The notes: generated by a model from the sequence alone, not told the origin. A DNA stretch of 64,000 nucleotides from an uncultured Pseudomonadota bacterium (GCA_903838705.1 CAILZL010000028.1:428-64427), one strand, 5' to 3'; counted from the first letter of the stretch, positions 30,028-41,474 are shown. Numbers and translations: made by a program.

Positions 30028-31815
30028 TTAGTAGACACGCGCCTTGGGTGGCACAACTTCTACATCATCGGTGAGGGTGTACATATGCACCGGACGGGTA
30101 TCAATGCTCACTTTACCCTGTGCATTCACCCAGGAAAGCGTGTGCTTCATCCAGTTGGCATCATCACGATTCGGGAAGTCTTCACGTGCATGCGCACCAC
30201 GACTTTCCTTTCGATTCAAGGCTGAATTGATGGTTGCAGCTGCCTGCCCCAGCAGATTATCAAGCTCCAGTGTTTCGATCAGATCGGTATTCCAGACCAG
30301 ACCACGATCACTGACGCTCACATCACTGAATGAGCCAATCACTTTATCCAGTTTTTCGACGCCTTCCTGCAGGGAGTCACCGGTACGGAACACCGCCGCA
30401 TGATTCTGCATGACGCGCTGCATGTTCAGACGCACCTGTGAAGTTTTCAAACCGCCCTTGGCATTGCGATAGCGGTCAATACGGCTGATCGCCAGATCAC
30501 CCGCATCGGCAGCCAGTGGCTTGTGCCGCTTGCCGGGCTTGACGACTTCCGCACAGTGACGGGCAGCTTCGCGGCCGAAGATCACCAGATCGAGCAATGA
30601 GTTGGATCCCAGACGATTCGCACCGTGTACTGATACACAAGCTGCCTCACCCACTGCCATCAGGCCCGGTACCACCGAGTCGGGATTGCCGTCACGGAGT
30701 GTTACGACTTCACCATGGATATTGGTCGGGATGCCGCCCATGTTGTAGTGAACGGTAGGCAGCACTGGAATCGGCTGCTTAGTCACATCTACGCCGGCGA
30801 AAATCTTTGCGGTTTCAGAAATACCAGGCAGCTTCTCATGCAGCACCTTGGCACCCAGATGCTCAAGGTGCAGGAAGATATGGTCACTTTCCGCACCGAC
30901 ACCACGACCTTCGCGGATTTCGATAGTCATGGCGCGACTCACCACATCGCGCGAGGCCAGGTTCTTGGCACTTGGCGCATAGCGTTCCATGAATGCTTCG
31001 CCCTTCGAATTGCGGAGAATGCCACCTTCACCACGTGCACCTTCAGTGATCAGGCAACCCGAACCGTAGATACCAGTCGGATGGAACTGCACGAACTCCA
31101 TATCCTGCATCGGCAGGCCGGCACGCAATACCATGCCGCCACCATCACCTGTGCAGGTATGTGCAGAAGTACAGGAGAAATAGGCTCGACCATAACCACC
31201 GGTGGCCAGCACAACCATATGGGCACGGAAACGATGAATCGTTCCTGTAGACATGTCGATTGCAATCACGCCACGGCATTCGCCATTTTCCATGATCAGA
31301 TCAACAGCAAAATACTCAATGAAGAACTGAGCTTCATGCTTGAGTGCCTGCTGATAGAGAGTGTGCAACATGGCATGGCCGGTACGATCAGCCGCCGCAC
31401 AGGTACGCTGTGCAGCCGGGCCGGTTCCGTACTGAGTAGTCATGCCGCCGAACGGGCGCTGGTAAATCTTGCCTTCTTCAGTACGCGAAAACGGCAGGCC
31501 GTAATGTTCCAGTTCCAGAATTGCCGCAGGGGCTTCTTTGCACATGAATTCAATGGCGTCCTGGTCACCCAGCCAGTCGGAACCCTTGACGGTGTCATAC
31601 ATGTGCCAGCGCCAGTCGTCCTGACCCATATTGCCAAGCGCAGCAGAAATGCCACCCTGTGCGGCAACCGTATGGCTACGGGTAGGGAATACCTTGGTCA
31701 CACAGGCAACTGACAGTCCCGAATTGGCCAGACCGAATGTGGCACGCAGACCCGCACCACCGGCACCGACCACAACCACGTCATAGCTGTGATCTACAAA
31801 TTCATAAGCACTCAT
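30028..31815 (-). CDS. sdhA: Succinate dehydrogenase flavoprotein subunit
   Basis: It has FAD motif [12 protein letters not shown], the covalent-FAD His in [10 protein letters not shown] and HPTG. 595 aa. Confidence 0.95.
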   Translation of the reverse strand: MSAYEFVDHSYDVVVVGAGGAGLRATFGLANSGLSVACVTKVFPTRSHTVAAQGGISAALGNMGQDDWRWHMYDTVKGSDWLGDQDAIEFMCKEAPAAILELEHYGLPFSRTEEGKIYQRPFGGMTTQYGTGPAAQRTCAAADRTGHAMLHTLYQQALKHEAQFFIEYFAVDLIMENGECRGVIAIDMSTGTIHRFRAHMVVLATGGYGRAYFSCTSAHTCTGDGGGMVLRAGLPMQDMEFVQFHPTGIYGSGCLITEGARGEGGILRNSKGEAFMERYAPSAKNLASRDVVSRAMTIEIREGRGVGAESDHIFLHLEHLGAKVLHEKLPGISETAKIFAGVDVTKQPIPVLPTVHYNMGGIPTNIHGEVVTLRDGNPDSVVPGLMAVGEAACVSVHGANRLGSNSLLDLVIFGREAARHCAEVVKPGKRHKPLAADAGDLAISRIDRYRNAKGGLKTSQVRLNMQRVMQNHAAVFRTGDSLQEGVEKLDKVIGSFSDVSVSDRGLVWNTDLIETLELDNLLGQAAATINSALNRKESRGAHAREDFPNRDDANWMKHTLSWVNAQGKVSIDTRPVHMYTLTDDVEVVPPKARVY

Positions 31816-32201
31816 CAGTGATTCCCCGTCAAAGCAATGCGCAGCACGGAGAACACACCGAGTACGCCCAATACCAACAACGTAAAATTAATTACCAGCA
31901 TGGTCAGCATGCGGATGCCCTTGTGAGCAACATAGTCTTCAACTACCACCTGCAAACCAAGCTGGGCGTGGTAGCTCACCGTCAACACCAGCAGGCTCAG
32001 CAACACTGTGTTCACAGGTGAAGCAATCCAGCTCACGATATTCACATAGCTCAGATCACCCAGCGCGATCAAAGACATTACAAACCAGGGTGCCAGCAAC
32101 ACCAGACCCACCGCAGAGACACGCTGCGCCCACCAGTGCCCGGCACCTTCTTTGGCGGCACCGTTTCCCAGTACTTTTCCGAGTGGACTCTGCAGACTCA
32201 T
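31815..32201 (-). CDS. sdhD: Succinate dehydrogenase membrane anchor subunit
   Basis: It has three TM helices. The Met at 32201 forms an ATGA overlap with the sdhC stop, and its own stop overlaps the sdhA ATG. The ORF opens upstream at 32246. Confidence 0.8.
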   Translation of the reverse strand: MSLQSPLGKVLGNGAAKEGAGHWWAQRVSAVGLVLLAPWFVMSLIALGDLSYVNIVSWIASPVNTVLLSLLVLTVSYHAQLGLQVVVEDYVAHKGIRMLTMLVINFTLLVLGVLGVFSVLRIALTGNH

Positions 32202-32608
32202 AGCAACCCTCCGCTTACGCTCGCGGTAATACGCGCACTGATACACAACCAGGTCAGTACGGTCAGAACAATCGCAGTGACGAACATGAGCGTACCTGTC
32301 TTGCGGGCCACGGCGCGTTCAAAGCCATAACCCAAGTCCCAGCCCAAGTGACGAATGCCGTTCAACAGGTGGTAGAAGAAAGCCAGCAACCAGCCGAACA
32401 TGGCGATTCTGGTCAACGGCGATGTCAGGCAGCGCAATGCCTGTTCATATGCGGCACTGCCTGAAGCAGCGGCAGAGAGCCAGTAAACCAGCAGTGCAAT
32501 ACCCAGTGACATGAACACCCCGGAAAGTCGATGCAGGATCGACAGCGTATTGGTGTACTGCCAGCGGTAATGCATGAACGGTGACAAAGGCCGTTCGTGT
32601 TGTGCCAT
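32198..32608 (-). CDS. sdhC: Succinate dehydrogenase cytochrome b556 subunit
   Basis: It reads RPLSPFMHYRW...ILHRLSG (haem-ligand His region) and has three TM helices. The likely start is Met at 32608, and the ORF opens at 32665. Confidence 0.82.
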   Translation of the reverse strand: MAQHERPLSPFMHYRWQYTNTLSILHRLSGVFMSLGIALLVYWLSAAASGSAAYEQALRCLTSPLTRIAMFGWLLAFFYHLLNGIRHLGWDLGYGFERAVARKTGTLMFVTAIVLTVLTWLCISARITASVSGGLL

Positions 32609-32715
32609 ACAAATATCCTCTTCCAGACAGTGCATCGTCATTCGGGAGACCCGAACGCAACACACACAGTTACAGAAAGACCGGCGTCGTCACCGGCCCG
32701 TGACATCAAATCAAA

Positions 32716-32934
32716 TCAGAAATCGATGCAGCGACCTGCTTTTTCCCAGTCCCCGAATCGGGTGGGTTCAGGGCCGTCCCGGCCACCCAGCTCTACAGGT
32801 AGATCGGACTGACCAACCACCGGAACATCTGAAAACTCAACCGCTACAGACTCATACTGAGTGTGGCTTTCGACCTGAGTCTCAACTGATGACCCGGCCG
32901 GCGTAACATTCAATATGGTTGGCGCTTGCTGCAT
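32716..32934 (-). CDS. DUF1674 family protein (SDHAF4-like succinate dehydrogenase assembly factor)
   Basis: 72 aa ending in EPTRFGDWEKAGRCIDF, the DUF1674 C-terminal signature. It lies just upstream of sdhC on the same strand. Confidence 0.75.
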   Translation of the reverse strand: MQQAPTILNVTPAGSSVETQVESHTQYESVAVEFSDVPVVGQSDLPVELGGRDGPEPTRFGDWEKAGRCIDF

Positions 32935-33053
32935 AGCGGCGTATTCTGCCAGAAAATCTCACAGCTTGAAAATGCAAAGAAGAACCAGAATATGGTTCAT
33001 GATCCTGTTTTCCCTGACCATTGCCTGATCTTGCATCAAGAATTCCACCGCAA

Positions 33054-33926
33054 ATGCTGCCACTAAACAGTCTTTCCCTGATCCGCTTTACCGGTCCTGA
33101 TGCCCGCAGCTTTCTGCAGGGTCAGCTCAGCAATGACCTGAATACATTGACAGCCAACCAGTCCCTGCTGGCATCCTGCAACTCAGCACAAGGCCGCGTG
33201 CAGGCCATTGTCAGATTGATTCAGCGCGAGCAGGTCATAATGGCCCTGCTACCCCGGAGCATGATAGATGTTACTGTGGCCCGTCTGCGCAAATATATTC
33301 TGAGAGCCAAACTCAGCATTGAAGATGCCAGCGAATCAACGCAGGTGAACTGGGCCGACAGGTCTGAGCTCCTCCGTCATGACTGGCCCATTCCAGACCT
33401 GCCAGGTGAACACCGGCAGCAGGATGGCATCAGTGTTTTGCGCTGGACGGATGGGCACCAGGAGCGGTTCCTGGTATTGCAACCCGGAACAACAGGAGCC
33501 GCTGACCCCTCTGCTGAAAATCGCTGGCAACTGGCTGAAATTCGCGCGGGCCTGCCTCAAGTGATGCCGGAAACCCATGAACAGTTCGTTGCCCAGATGC
33601 TGAACCTCGATGTTCTGGGCGGCATCAGCTTCAACAAAGGCTGTTATACGGGACAGGAAATTATTGCTCGTGCGCATTTTCGCGGCACGGTCAAACGACG
33701 GATGTTCCGGTTCGAAGCACCCTGTACCGCACCAGTGCCCGGTACGAAAATACTCAGCAAGGGCGAAACTGCTGGAGAAGTGGTCATGGCTGCCAACGAC
33801 GGTACGCGTTGCGAATTACTGGCGGTGATCAGCCTCGCCGCCAGCGAAGCTGTCTTATCTCTGGAATCTACCGACACGCCATTGCAAGCACTGCCCCTGC
33901 CCTATAGCTTGCCCGCAACCTCCTGA
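33054..33926 (+). CDS. ygfZ: Folate-binding protein YgfZ (Fe-S cluster repair / tRNA modification associated)
   Basis: It has the signature KGCYTGQEIIAR and the N-terminus IRFTGPDARSFLQGQLSND. The ORF opens at 33021 with a non-ATG codon, and the ATG at 33054 is more plausible. Confidence 0.85.
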   Translation: MLPLNSLSLIRFTGPDARSFLQGQLSNDLNTLTANQSLLASCNSAQGRVQAIVRLIQREQVIMALLPRSMIDVTVARLRKYILRAKLSIEDASESTQVNWADRSELLRHDWPIPDLPGEHRQQDGISVLRWTDGHQERFLVLQPGTTGAADPSAENRWQLAEIRAGLPQVMPETHEQFVAQMLNLDVLGGISFNKGCYTGQEIIARAHFRGTVKRRMFRFEAPCTAPVPGTKILSKGETAGEVVMAANDGTRCELLAVISLAASEAVLSLESTDTPLQALPLPYSLPATS

Positions 33927-33944
33927 TCCGGTCTCAGCTGAACA

Positions 33945-33965
33945 GATGCGTGAATTACACGCATC
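33945..33965. terminator. Hairpin between convergent ygfZ and lysS (candidate bidirectional terminator, no clear U-tract)
   Basis: GATGCGTG-aatta-CACGCATC forms a perfect 8-bp stem in the 62-nt gap between two convergent stop codons. Confidence 0.4.
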
Positions 33966-33988
33966 AAGGCAATACCGCCACTTCATCC

Positions 33989-35536
33989 TCAGGTTTCAGG
34001 CCGCATGTGCGGAAACAGCAAAACGTCGCGAATGGAGTTCGAGTTGGTCAGCAACATCACCAGCCGATCAATACCGATCCCCAGCCCGGCTGTAGGCGGC
34101 ATGCCATATTCCAGAGCACGCACGTAATCAGCATCGTAGAACATCGCCTCGTCATCCCCATCGGATTTACGCGAAACCTGCTCATGGAAACGTTCCGCCT
34201 GATCTTCAGCATCATTCAACTCTGAGAAACCATTGGCGAGTTCACGCCCGCACACAAAGAACTCAAACCGGTCGGTAATGAATGGATCAGCATCACTACG
34301 GCGCGCCAGCGGTGACACTTCTGCAGGATAGCTGTACACAAACGTCGGCTGTATCAGGCGGTGCTCGCCTGTCTTCTCAAAGATTTCAATCTGCAACTTG
34401 CCCGCACCATCGTTTTCCTTGTAGGCAATCTTGAGCTGATCACACCAGCTGCGCAGATAAGCCACATCACGCAGCTTTTCGCGCTCGATGCCCGGATTAA
34501 AATGCACTACGAGGTCTTCAACCGTTACACGCCGGAATGGCTGCGCCAGATCCAGCTGCTGACCTTCCCACTCTATGCTGCGCGTACCCAGAATGGTATC
34601 GCACAGCCCATGCAGCAACCGCTCAACCATGTCCATCAGATCACGGAAATCAGCATAGGCCTGATACAGCTCGAGCATGGTGAATTCAGGATTGTGTCGA
34701 GTTGACAGCCCTTCATTGCGGAAACTGCGGTTAATCTCATATACACGCTCGAAACCGCCGACAATCAGACGCTTCAGATACAGCTCAGGCGCAATACGCA
34801 GATACATCTGCATATCCAGTGCATTGTGATGCGTCACGAACGGCTTGGCAGTTGCCCCACCCGGTATGACCTGCAACATGGGTGTTTCCACTTCCATGAA
34901 GTCCATTGCATCCAGGAAGCTGCGCAGATACTTGATGATCCGCGTGCGCGTTGAAAACACCTTGCGACTGTCAGCATTGATGATCAGATCGACATAGCGC
35001 TGACGATAACGAGTCTCGTGATCCGACAGACCATGCCATTTGTCAGGCAGTGGCCGCAGTGACTTCACCAGCAGGCGTAGTGTGGATACTTTGACTGAGA
35101 GCTCACCGGTTTTGGTTTTAAACAGCGTACCTTCACCGGCCAGAATATCGCCCACATCCCAGCCCTTGAAAGCCTCATAGGTGTCCGCCAGCGCCGTCTG
35201 CTGCAGAAACAGCTGGATCTGACCGCTGTGATCCTGAATCTTGGCAAAACTGGCCTTACCCATAACTCGTTTAGCCAGCATGCGCCCGCTGACTTTGACC
35301 TGGATGACATGAGCATCAAACCATTCCGTTTCACGCTCACCGTAAAGCATCAGCAGATCCTCTGCCAGCGCATCACGACGGAAATCATTCGGAAACGCCT
35401 GACCGGCTTCGCGCAGTCTGGCAAGTTTGGCGCGACGTTCTGCAATCAGATGATTTTCGTCGATGGGTGATTGTTCGTCAGTCATGTTCAATCTCGTTGC
35501 TTCATCTTCACCACTCCCTGCTGGAGCGGCGTTCAA
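33989..35536 (-). CDS. lysS: Lysine--tRNA ligase (class II)
   Basis: It has the OB anticodon-binding domain and class II motifs ([31 protein letters not shown]). 515 aa. Confidence 0.95.
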   Translation of the reverse strand: MNAAPAGSGEDEATRLNMTDEQSPIDENHLIAERRAKLARLREAGQAFPNDFRRDALAEDLLMLYGERETEWFDAHVIQVKVSGRMLAKRVMGKASFAKIQDHSGQIQLFLQQTALADTYEAFKGWDVGDILAGEGTLFKTKTGELSVKVSTLRLLVKSLRPLPDKWHGLSDHETRYRQRYVDLIINADSRKVFSTRTRIIKYLRSFLDAMDFMEVETPMLQVIPGGATAKPFVTHHNALDMQMYLRIAPELYLKRLIVGGFERVYEINRSFRNEGLSTRHNPEFTMLELYQAYADFRDLMDMVERLLHGLCDTILGTRSIEWEGQQLDLAQPFRRVTVEDLVVHFNPGIEREKLRDVAYLRSWCDQLKIAYKENDGAGKLQIEIFEKTGEHRLIQPTFVYSYPAEVSPLARRSDADPFITDRFEFFVCGRELANGFSELNDAEDQAERFHEQVSRKSDGDDEAMFYDADYVRALEYGMPPTAGLGIGIDRLVMLLTNSNSIRDVLLFPHMRPET

Positions 35537-35537
35537 A

Positions 35538-36633
35538 TTACAAACCCTGCTTCAAACTCGCTTCCAGAAACTGATCAAGATCACCATCCAGTACCGCTGT
35601 GGTATTTCCCACCTCAACACCGGTGCGCAGATCCTTGATGCGTGACTGATCCAGCACATAGGAGCGAATCTGGTTTCCCCAGCTCACGTCAGACTTGGAA
35701 TCTTCCAGCACCTGAGCAGCCGCATTGCGCTTATTGACTTCCAGCTCATAGAGTTTCGCTTTGAGCATTTTCATGGCCTTGTCGCGGTTCTTGTGCTGAC
35801 TGCGCTCCGCCTGACACGCCACCACGATGCCGGAAGGCATATGAGTAATGCGCACCGCAGACTCCGTCTTGTTCACGTGCTGACCACCCGCACCGCTGGA
35901 CCGGTACACATCGGTTTTCAGGTCAGCCGGATTGATGGTGATGTCAATGTCATCATCGATTTCCGGCGAGACGAATACGGAAGCAAAGGAGGTATGTCGT
36001 CGTGCGTTGGAATCAAACGGTGACTTGCGGACCAGCCGATGCACACCAATTTCGGTTCGCAACCAGCCATAAGCGTAGTCGCCTTCAAAACTCAGACTGC
36101 AACTTTTGATGCCGGCGACTTCGCCACCATTGGCATCGATAACTTCAGTCCTGAACCCGTGCGCATCGCCCCAGCGCATATACATACGCATCAGCATATT
36201 GGCCCAGTCCTGTGCCTCAGTACCACCGGCACCGGCCTGTATGTCCAGATAAGCATTGTGTGAATCCATCTGGCCGGGGAACATGCGCCGGAATTCCAGA
36301 TTCTTCACGTCACGTTCGACAGCCGCCACATCCCGTTCAACGCCGGCCACGGTGCTCTCGTCGTTTTCTTCAACTGCCATACCCAGCAGTTCAACTGCGT
36401 CAGACAAAGCAGCCTTGATGCGATCCAGTGTACCTACGGTCTGTTCAAGCTTGGCGCGCTCGCGGCCCAGTTCCTGTGCCCGTTCCGGTGTATCCCATAT
36501 TTTCGGGTCTTCCAGTTCGCGACTGACTTCTGTCAGGCGTTCTGCCTTGTTATCGTATTCAAAGAAACCCCCGTAACGCAGTGCTGCGCTCTGTCAGGTC
36601 TTCGATGCTGCGGCGGATCAGGTTGACTTCCAT
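35538..36633 (-). CDS. prfB: Peptide chain release factor 2, expressed via a programmed +1 ribosomal frameshift
   Basis: Frame 0 from the ATG at 36633 reads [24 protein letters not shown] then TGA. Shifting +1 at CTT-T continues as [29 protein letters not shown]... and joins the long ORF, which carries SPF and GGQHVN motifs. Confidence 0.93.
36559..36573 (-). promoter_or_regulatory. prfB +1 frameshift recoding site (internal SD-like GGGGG + CTT TGA)
   Basis: The minus strand reads CGG GGG TTT CTT TGA A, compared with E. coli AGG GGG TAT CTT TGA C. Confidence 0.9.
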
Positions 36634-36741
36634 CGTTTCGGACTCAAGGGGAATTTTCAGGCGCGCAAGGATAGCAGAAGGCAGAGTGAGCGGGTTGCTG
36701 CTGAATGCAGCCGAATTGAATACTGACTGACCTGAGTGCCA

Positions 36742-38463
36742 TTAGAGGACGGACAGATGCTCTACCACCATCTGCAACCGTTCCTCACCGCGAAACTCGT
36801 TCACATCCAGTCGATACGCCAGCTGCACCCGGTCACCGGCTCGCACCTGCGGTGCAGCGTCATGATCGAAATGACGAAAGGCAATGGCTTCGATTACCTG
36901 ATCACCCGCATCGACTTTCAGTTTGAGATGCCGCTCACCCAGTACGCGTGAATCAATCACCGCAAACTCGCCGTCAAACATGGGTTCAGGAAATCCCTGC
37001 CCCCACGGTCCGGCGTCCCGTAATTGTCTGGCAGTTTCCAGCGAGCATTCACTGAACTGAAGTTCGCCATCACTGAACACCACCCCGATGGCATCATCCT
37101 GAGTCATCCAGCGACTGACTTCCGTATCAAACGCAGCGCGAAAGCTCTCCAGCTTGTCAGCGCCTATAGACAGACCCGCCGCCATCGCATGACCTCCAAA
37201 CTTGTCAATCAATCCCGGATGGTGTGCCACCACCGCATCCAGCACATCACGAATGTGCACACCGGGTATGGAACGCGCCGAACCTTTCAGGGTTGTTTCA
37301 TCCGCCATCGCCATGGCAATCACCGGACGATGCACGCGATCCTTTACTCTGGATGCCACCAGCCCTACGACTCCCTGATGCCAGGATGCCTCATACAGAC
37401 ATAGCCCCAAGGGCAGAGATTCAGTATCCAGCTGCATCTGCTCCAGGATACTCATGGCTTCATCCTGCATCTGCTGTTCAATGTCGCGACGATCAAGATT
37501 CAACTGTGTCAGTTGTGCAGCGATCGTGCGCGCCTCATCGGGATCGTCAGTGAGCAGACATTGAATTCCCAACGACATGTCATCCAGTCGTCCTGCGGCA
37601 TTCAGTCTCGGCCCAACCTGAAAGCCCAGATCAGCTGCCATGCAGGTTTCAATCCTTTTATTAGCTGCCTCAAGCATGGCACGTATACCGGGCACACAAC
37701 AACCTGCGCGGATGCGCCTCATACCCTGCGCCACCAGAATACGGTTATTGGCATCCAGCGGCACGACATCTGCCACTGTCCCCAGCGCCACCAGATCCAG
37801 CAGCTGTGCGACCGACGTCCTGTCACCTGCAGCCAATCCCCGCAGCACCATTGCACGCGTCAATGCCGCCATCAGATAAAACGCCACGCCGACACCGGCC
37901 AGCGCCTTGCTGGAAAATGCATTCCCCGGCGCATTGGGATTTACGATGGCAGCGGCTTGCGGCAGCTCTGCACCGGCCAGATGATGATCTGTAACCAGTA
38001 CGGGAATACCGAGTGAGTTGGCTGCAGCCACACCTGCCAGACTGGAAATACCGTTATCAACAGTGATGATCAATTCCGGATTGCGCTGCGCAGCCAGTGC
38101 AACAATCTCCGGCGTCAGCCCATACCCGAAGGTAAAACGGTTGGGCACAAGAAAATCGACATGCAAATATCCAAGCCGGCGCAACTGTCTGACCACCAGC
38201 GCAGTACTGGTGGCACCGTCAGTATCAAAGTCGCCGATGATGATGATTCGACTCTGCTGCTGAAAATGCTGGAGCAACAACTCGACAGCCGCATCCACGC
38301 CTCCCAGTTCACCCACCGGAATCATGCATTCCAGCGAGTAATCCAGTTCACGTGAGGCAGTCACACCACGCATGGCATACAACCTGGACAGCAATGGCGA
38401 AGCATGCAGGTTGAGCGATGCACCTTCAGGCAAGGTACGACGGCGGATGATGCGCTTGCTCAA
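36742..38463 (-). CDS. recJ: Single-stranded-DNA-specific exonuclease RecJ
   Basis: It has DHH motifs (IIGDFDTDGATS, LVTDHH) and the DHHA1 motif GGHAMAAG. 573 aa. Confidence 0.93.
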   Translation of the reverse strand: MSKRIIRRRTLPEGASLNLHASPLLSRLYAMRGVTASRELDYSLECMIPVGELGGVDAAVELLLQHFQQQSRIIIIGDFDTDGATSTALVVRQLRRLGYLHVDFLVPNRFTFGYGLTPEIVALAAQRNPELIITVDNGISSLAGVAAANSLGIPVLVTDHHLAGAELPQAAAIVNPNAPGNAFSSKALAGVGVAFYLMAALTRAMVLRGLAAGDRTSVAQLLDLVALGTVADVVPLDANNRILVAQGMRRIRAGCCVPGIRAMLEAANKRIETCMAADLGFQVGPRLNAAGRLDDMSLGIQCLLTDDPDEARTIAAQLTQLNLDRRDIEQQMQDEAMSILEQMQLDTESLPLGLCLYEASWHQGVVGLVASRVKDRVHRPVIAMAMADETTLKGSARSIPGVHIRDVLDAVVAHHPGLIDKFGGHAMAAGLSIGADKLESFRAAFDTEVSRWMTQDDAIGVVFSDGELQFSECSLETARQLRDAGPWGQGFPEPMFDGEFAVIDSRVLGERHLKLKVDAGDQVIEAIAFRHFDHDAAPQVRAGDRVQLAYRLDVNEFRGEERLQMVVEHLSVL

Positions 38464-39485
38464 GACAGAAGTTCCGCAACGTCATGGCCTCTGCCATTCA
38501 ACCAGCGACGCACTTGCTGCCAGCGCCCTCCCTGCAAGGAGACCATCCAGTGATCGAGATGCAAATCGAGGCGCCTGATTTCACCACTTAGCAAAGCGGT
38601 GTGCAGTGGCGCCAGCCACCTTGTTTCAATTTCTGTCATCGGATCGGGAGGAAGCACCAGCAAGACCTGCTCTGCGTCCACGCCCGGCAACGACTGAGCA
38701 TCCGGCGGCAACGGCCAGCAATCAACTTCAAGATGTTCACACAAGCCCCGCACATAGGATGCGTTGCTGATTACCCGTGTCGGGCATGGCCGCGTCACCA
38801 GTCCCAGCGGCGCATTTCCCCAGAGCCACAGGGCATTCACCGGCAGCAGCCCACGAGCTTCGCGTTGCTGATTCACAGGATGGTCATGCAGCAGCATCTG
38901 CACCTCCGTCATCAGTCTGCGCAATTCACCTGAATCGGCTCCCTGCGGCATCAGATCGTACAGACCCGCAGATGAATGGCTGCGCAAAGAAAACGTCGTC
39001 AGCTGCAACTCCCGGTCACACCACAGGTACCAGTGCCCGCCGGCATCTTCAGTTGCATGCAGCAGTTCAAATCCGGCCAGCGACAGCAGTGGCTGCAAAC
39101 TTTGCAGCAGCTGTGCAGATTGCTCGCCTGTCAGAGGCGATGGCATGAGGCAGCGCACATCATCCATTCCTGCCTGAAAGTGTACGGGCTCGACATGCAG
39201 ACAGCTTCCTCTGCGACGAACGCCGCCCTCACCCCGCCAGCTCAATGCCGCAGCGGCAAGGCCATGCTGACGCAACTCAAGCGGCAGCGCATACAGCAAT
39301 GATTGCTGCCAGAGTTCAACCCGCGCATGGAATAAATCTTCCTGCTGCCACAGACGGGTTCGTTCGCCCTGTTGCAGACAGGCTTGCAGCAGCGGCAATG
39401 CCTGCGGTGCCGTTTTCTCTTGTTGCAGTTGTCGCAAGTGACCCAGCGCTTGCGGTATCACCATTTGCAGATGCTGAATCGCCAT
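38460..39485 (-). CDS. Conserved hypothetical protein upstream of recJ, possibly RpfE-type as in Xanthomonas (from memory)
   Basis: 341-aa ORF whose stop overlaps the recJ start. It is Leu/Gln/Arg/Trp-rich with no motif I can assign. The lysS-prfB-recJ-X order recalls the Xanthomonas rpf-region layout. Confidence 0.5.
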   Translation of the reverse strand: MAIQHLQMVIPQALGHLRQLQQEKTAPQALPLLQACLQQGERTRLWQQEDLFHARVELWQQSLLYALPLELRQHGLAAAALSWRGEGGVRRRGSCLHVEPVHFQAGMDDVRCLMPSPLTGEQSAQLLQSLQPLLSLAGFELLHATEDAGGHWYLWCDRELQLTTFSLRSHSSAGLYDLMPQGADSGELRRLMTEVQMLLHDHPVNQQREARGLLPVNALWLWGNAPLGLVTRPCPTRVISNASYVRGLCEHLEVDCWPLPPDAQSLPGVDAEQVLLVLPPDPMTEIETRWLAPLHTALLSGEIRRLDLHLDHWMVSLQGGRWQQVRRWLNGRGHDVAELLS

Positions 39486-39496
39486 GTTTTCCCGGT

Positions 39497-40210
39497 TCAG
39501 CCCAACAACCGGCCATCACGCAGCGTTAACACACGCTGCATGCGTGCGGCCAGCTCCGGCGCATGCGTGACAATCACCAGCGCTGTACCGAATTCACGAT
39601 TCAGCTCCAGCATCAATTCAAATATCTGCTGCGCATTGCCACCATCCAAATTGCCTGTCGGCTCATCAGCCAGTACCACCATGGGTCTGGTGACCAGCGC
39701 ACGGGCAATGGCTGCACGCTGACGCTCACCACCGGATAACTGACCGGGCCGATGTGCAAGCCGTGCACCCAGCCCGACTCTTTCAAGCAGCTTTCTTGCT
39801 TCGTCTCTCGCCTGCTCGATGGGCATGCGCCTTACCAGCAATGGCATGGCCACATTTTCCAGCGCACTGAACTCAGGCAACAGATGGTGGAACTGATATA
39901 CAAATCCCAGAGCACGATTGCGCAATGCACCGCGTGCTGCTTCGCTTAGTTGCGCCACATCTTCGCCGGCAATTCTGACCACACCTGCACTGGGCACATC
40001 CAGTCCGCCCAGTAATTGCAGCAGCGTGGTCTTGCCGGAACCAGAGACGCCCACAATGGCAATGCGCTCACCGGCACGGATACTGAGATTCACATCCGTC
40101 AGCACTTCGAGTCGTGTCTCCGCCTCCATGAAACGCTTGGCGAGATGCTCGCATTCCAGCACGAGTTTGCTGTCTGTGTTGGTCACATTCATTCCAGTTG
40201 TTTCATTCAT
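39497..40210 (-). CDS. lolD: Lipoprotein-releasing system ATP-binding protein LolD
   Basis: It has Walker [19 protein letters not shown] and Walker [12 protein letters not shown]. The LolD-like segment [18 protein letters not shown] is present. Met at 40210 lies just after the upstream permease stop, and the ORF opens at 40342. Confidence 0.88.
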   Translation of the reverse strand: MNETTGMNVTNTDSKLVLECEHLAKRFMEAETRLEVLTDVNLSIRAGERIAIVGVSGSGKTTLLQLLGGLDVPSAGVVRIAGEDVAQLSEAARGALRNRALGFVYQFHHLLPEFSALENVAMPLLVRRMPIEQARDEARKLLERVGLGARLAHRPGQLSGGERQRAAIARALVTRPMVVLADEPTGNLDGGNAQQIFELMLELNREFGTALVIVTHAPELAARMQRVLTLRDGRLLG

Positions 40211-41474
40211 GACGCAATGCCCTAGCAGGTTCGGTACGTGCGGCACGCCATGCCGGATAGATTGTCGCTGATGCACACATGAGAAACGCCACACCCGCAA
40301 CCTGCCACACATCACCCCATTCCACCGCTGCGGGCAGATCACTCATGAAGTACAGCCGGGCATCCATGAATTTCACGCCCAGCAAATGCTCCAGACCATG
40401 AATCAGGCTTTCCAGATTCCATGACAGCAATGTGCCCAGTATGACGCCGCTGACAATGCCGATCAGTCCGATCATCATGCCCTGTGCAATAAAAATCCAC
40501 ATGATGCTGCGTGGTGTCGCACCCAGCGTTCGCAGAATCGCAATATCAGATTGCTTGTCCTTGACCACCATCACCAGCGTTGCAATGACATTGAATGCTG
40601 CTACCGCCACCACCAGCAACAGAATCAGAAACATCATGGATTTGGTCAGCGCGATGGAACGGAAAAAATTGGCATGTTTGCGGGTCCAGTCATCCACGTA
40701 GTATCCACCGCCCAGCTGCTGTGCAATGACGGTGGCACTGCGTTGAGCATTCAGCACATCCGCCAGCTTCAAACGCAGACCCGTGACCTCCGCACCCATC
40801 CGATACAGACGGGCGGCATCCTGCATGTGCACATAGGCATAGTTGCGATCGTATTCATACATGCCCACACCGAAGATGCCAACCACGGTGAAGCGTTTAC
40901 TGCGTGGAATCACACCCGCCACTGTCACACTGCCCTGTGATGTGACCGCCAGCACCCGATCACCCACCGACACTTTCAAGGTTTTCGCCAGCTCATCGCC
41001 CAGCACTATGCCGTACTCACCTTCATGCAGATTATTCAGCGAACCCTTCTGCATATGCTGATTCAGGCTGGCGACGGTTTCTTCTTCAGCTGGTATCACG
41101 CCGCGAATGACTGCCCCGCTGTTGCCATCGCCGGCAGCAACCGTGGTCAGCAACAAGGCCTGCTGTTCAATGAATGGGGCTGCGCCCAGCACACCGGGCT
41201 GACCCTGAATCTTCTGACGAACCTCCTGCCATTCAGCCAGCGGCCCGCCGAAGCCACTGATCGTAGCGTGTGCTGTCACACTCAGAATGCGCTCTCGCAA
41301 TTCGCGTTCAAAGCCATTCATCACTGACAGCACCACCAGCAACACCGCCACACCCAGCGCCACACCACTGAGTGAAATGCCGGAAATCACAGACAGGAAG
41401 CGATTGCCACCTGCCGAGCGCCCACTTGATAGCAAGTAGCGCATGCCGATCATCCATTCAAACGGCGCCTTCAT
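40203..41474 (-). CDS. Lipoprotein-releasing system permease (LolC/LolE family), second copy
   Basis: 423 aa. It has the MacB-like FtsX topology, the N-terminus [10 protein letters not shown], a large periplasmic loop, and a C-terminal FtsX domain ending in [15 protein letters not shown]. Confidence 0.85.
   Translation of the reverse strand: MKAPFEWMIGMRYLLSSGRSAGGNRFLSVISGISLSGVALGVAVLLVVLSVMNGFERELRERILSVTAHATISGFGGPLAEWQEVRQKIQGQPGVLGAAPFIEQQALLLTTVAAGDGNSGAVIRGVIPAEEETVASLNQHMQKGSLNNLHEGEYGIVLGDELAKTLKVSVGDRVLAVTSQGSVTVAGVIPRSKRFTVVGIFGVGMYEYDRNYAYVHMQDAARLYRMGAEVTGLRLKLADVLNAQRSATVIAQQLGGGYYVDDWTRKHANFFRSIALTKSMMFLILLLVVAVAAFNVIATLVMVVKDKQSDIAILRTLGATPRSIMWIFIAQGMMIGLIGIVSGVILGTLLSWNLESLIHGLEHLLGVKFMDARLYFMSDLPAAVEWGDVWQVAGVAFLMCASATIYPAWRAARTEPARALRHE

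Noticed and set aside
30715-31713. 332-aa ORF on the plus strand inside sdhA
   Set aside because: It lies entirely antisense to a confidently identified, motif-rich sdhA. The product is Thr/His/Arg/Cys-rich with no recognisable motif, which is typical of a shadow ORF generated by codon bias.
36256-36576. 106-aa plus-strand ORF across the prfB 5' region
   Set aside because: It is antisense to RF2 and spans the frameshift site. It is Ser/Arg-rich shadow translation, and the frameshifted prfB model fully explains the region.
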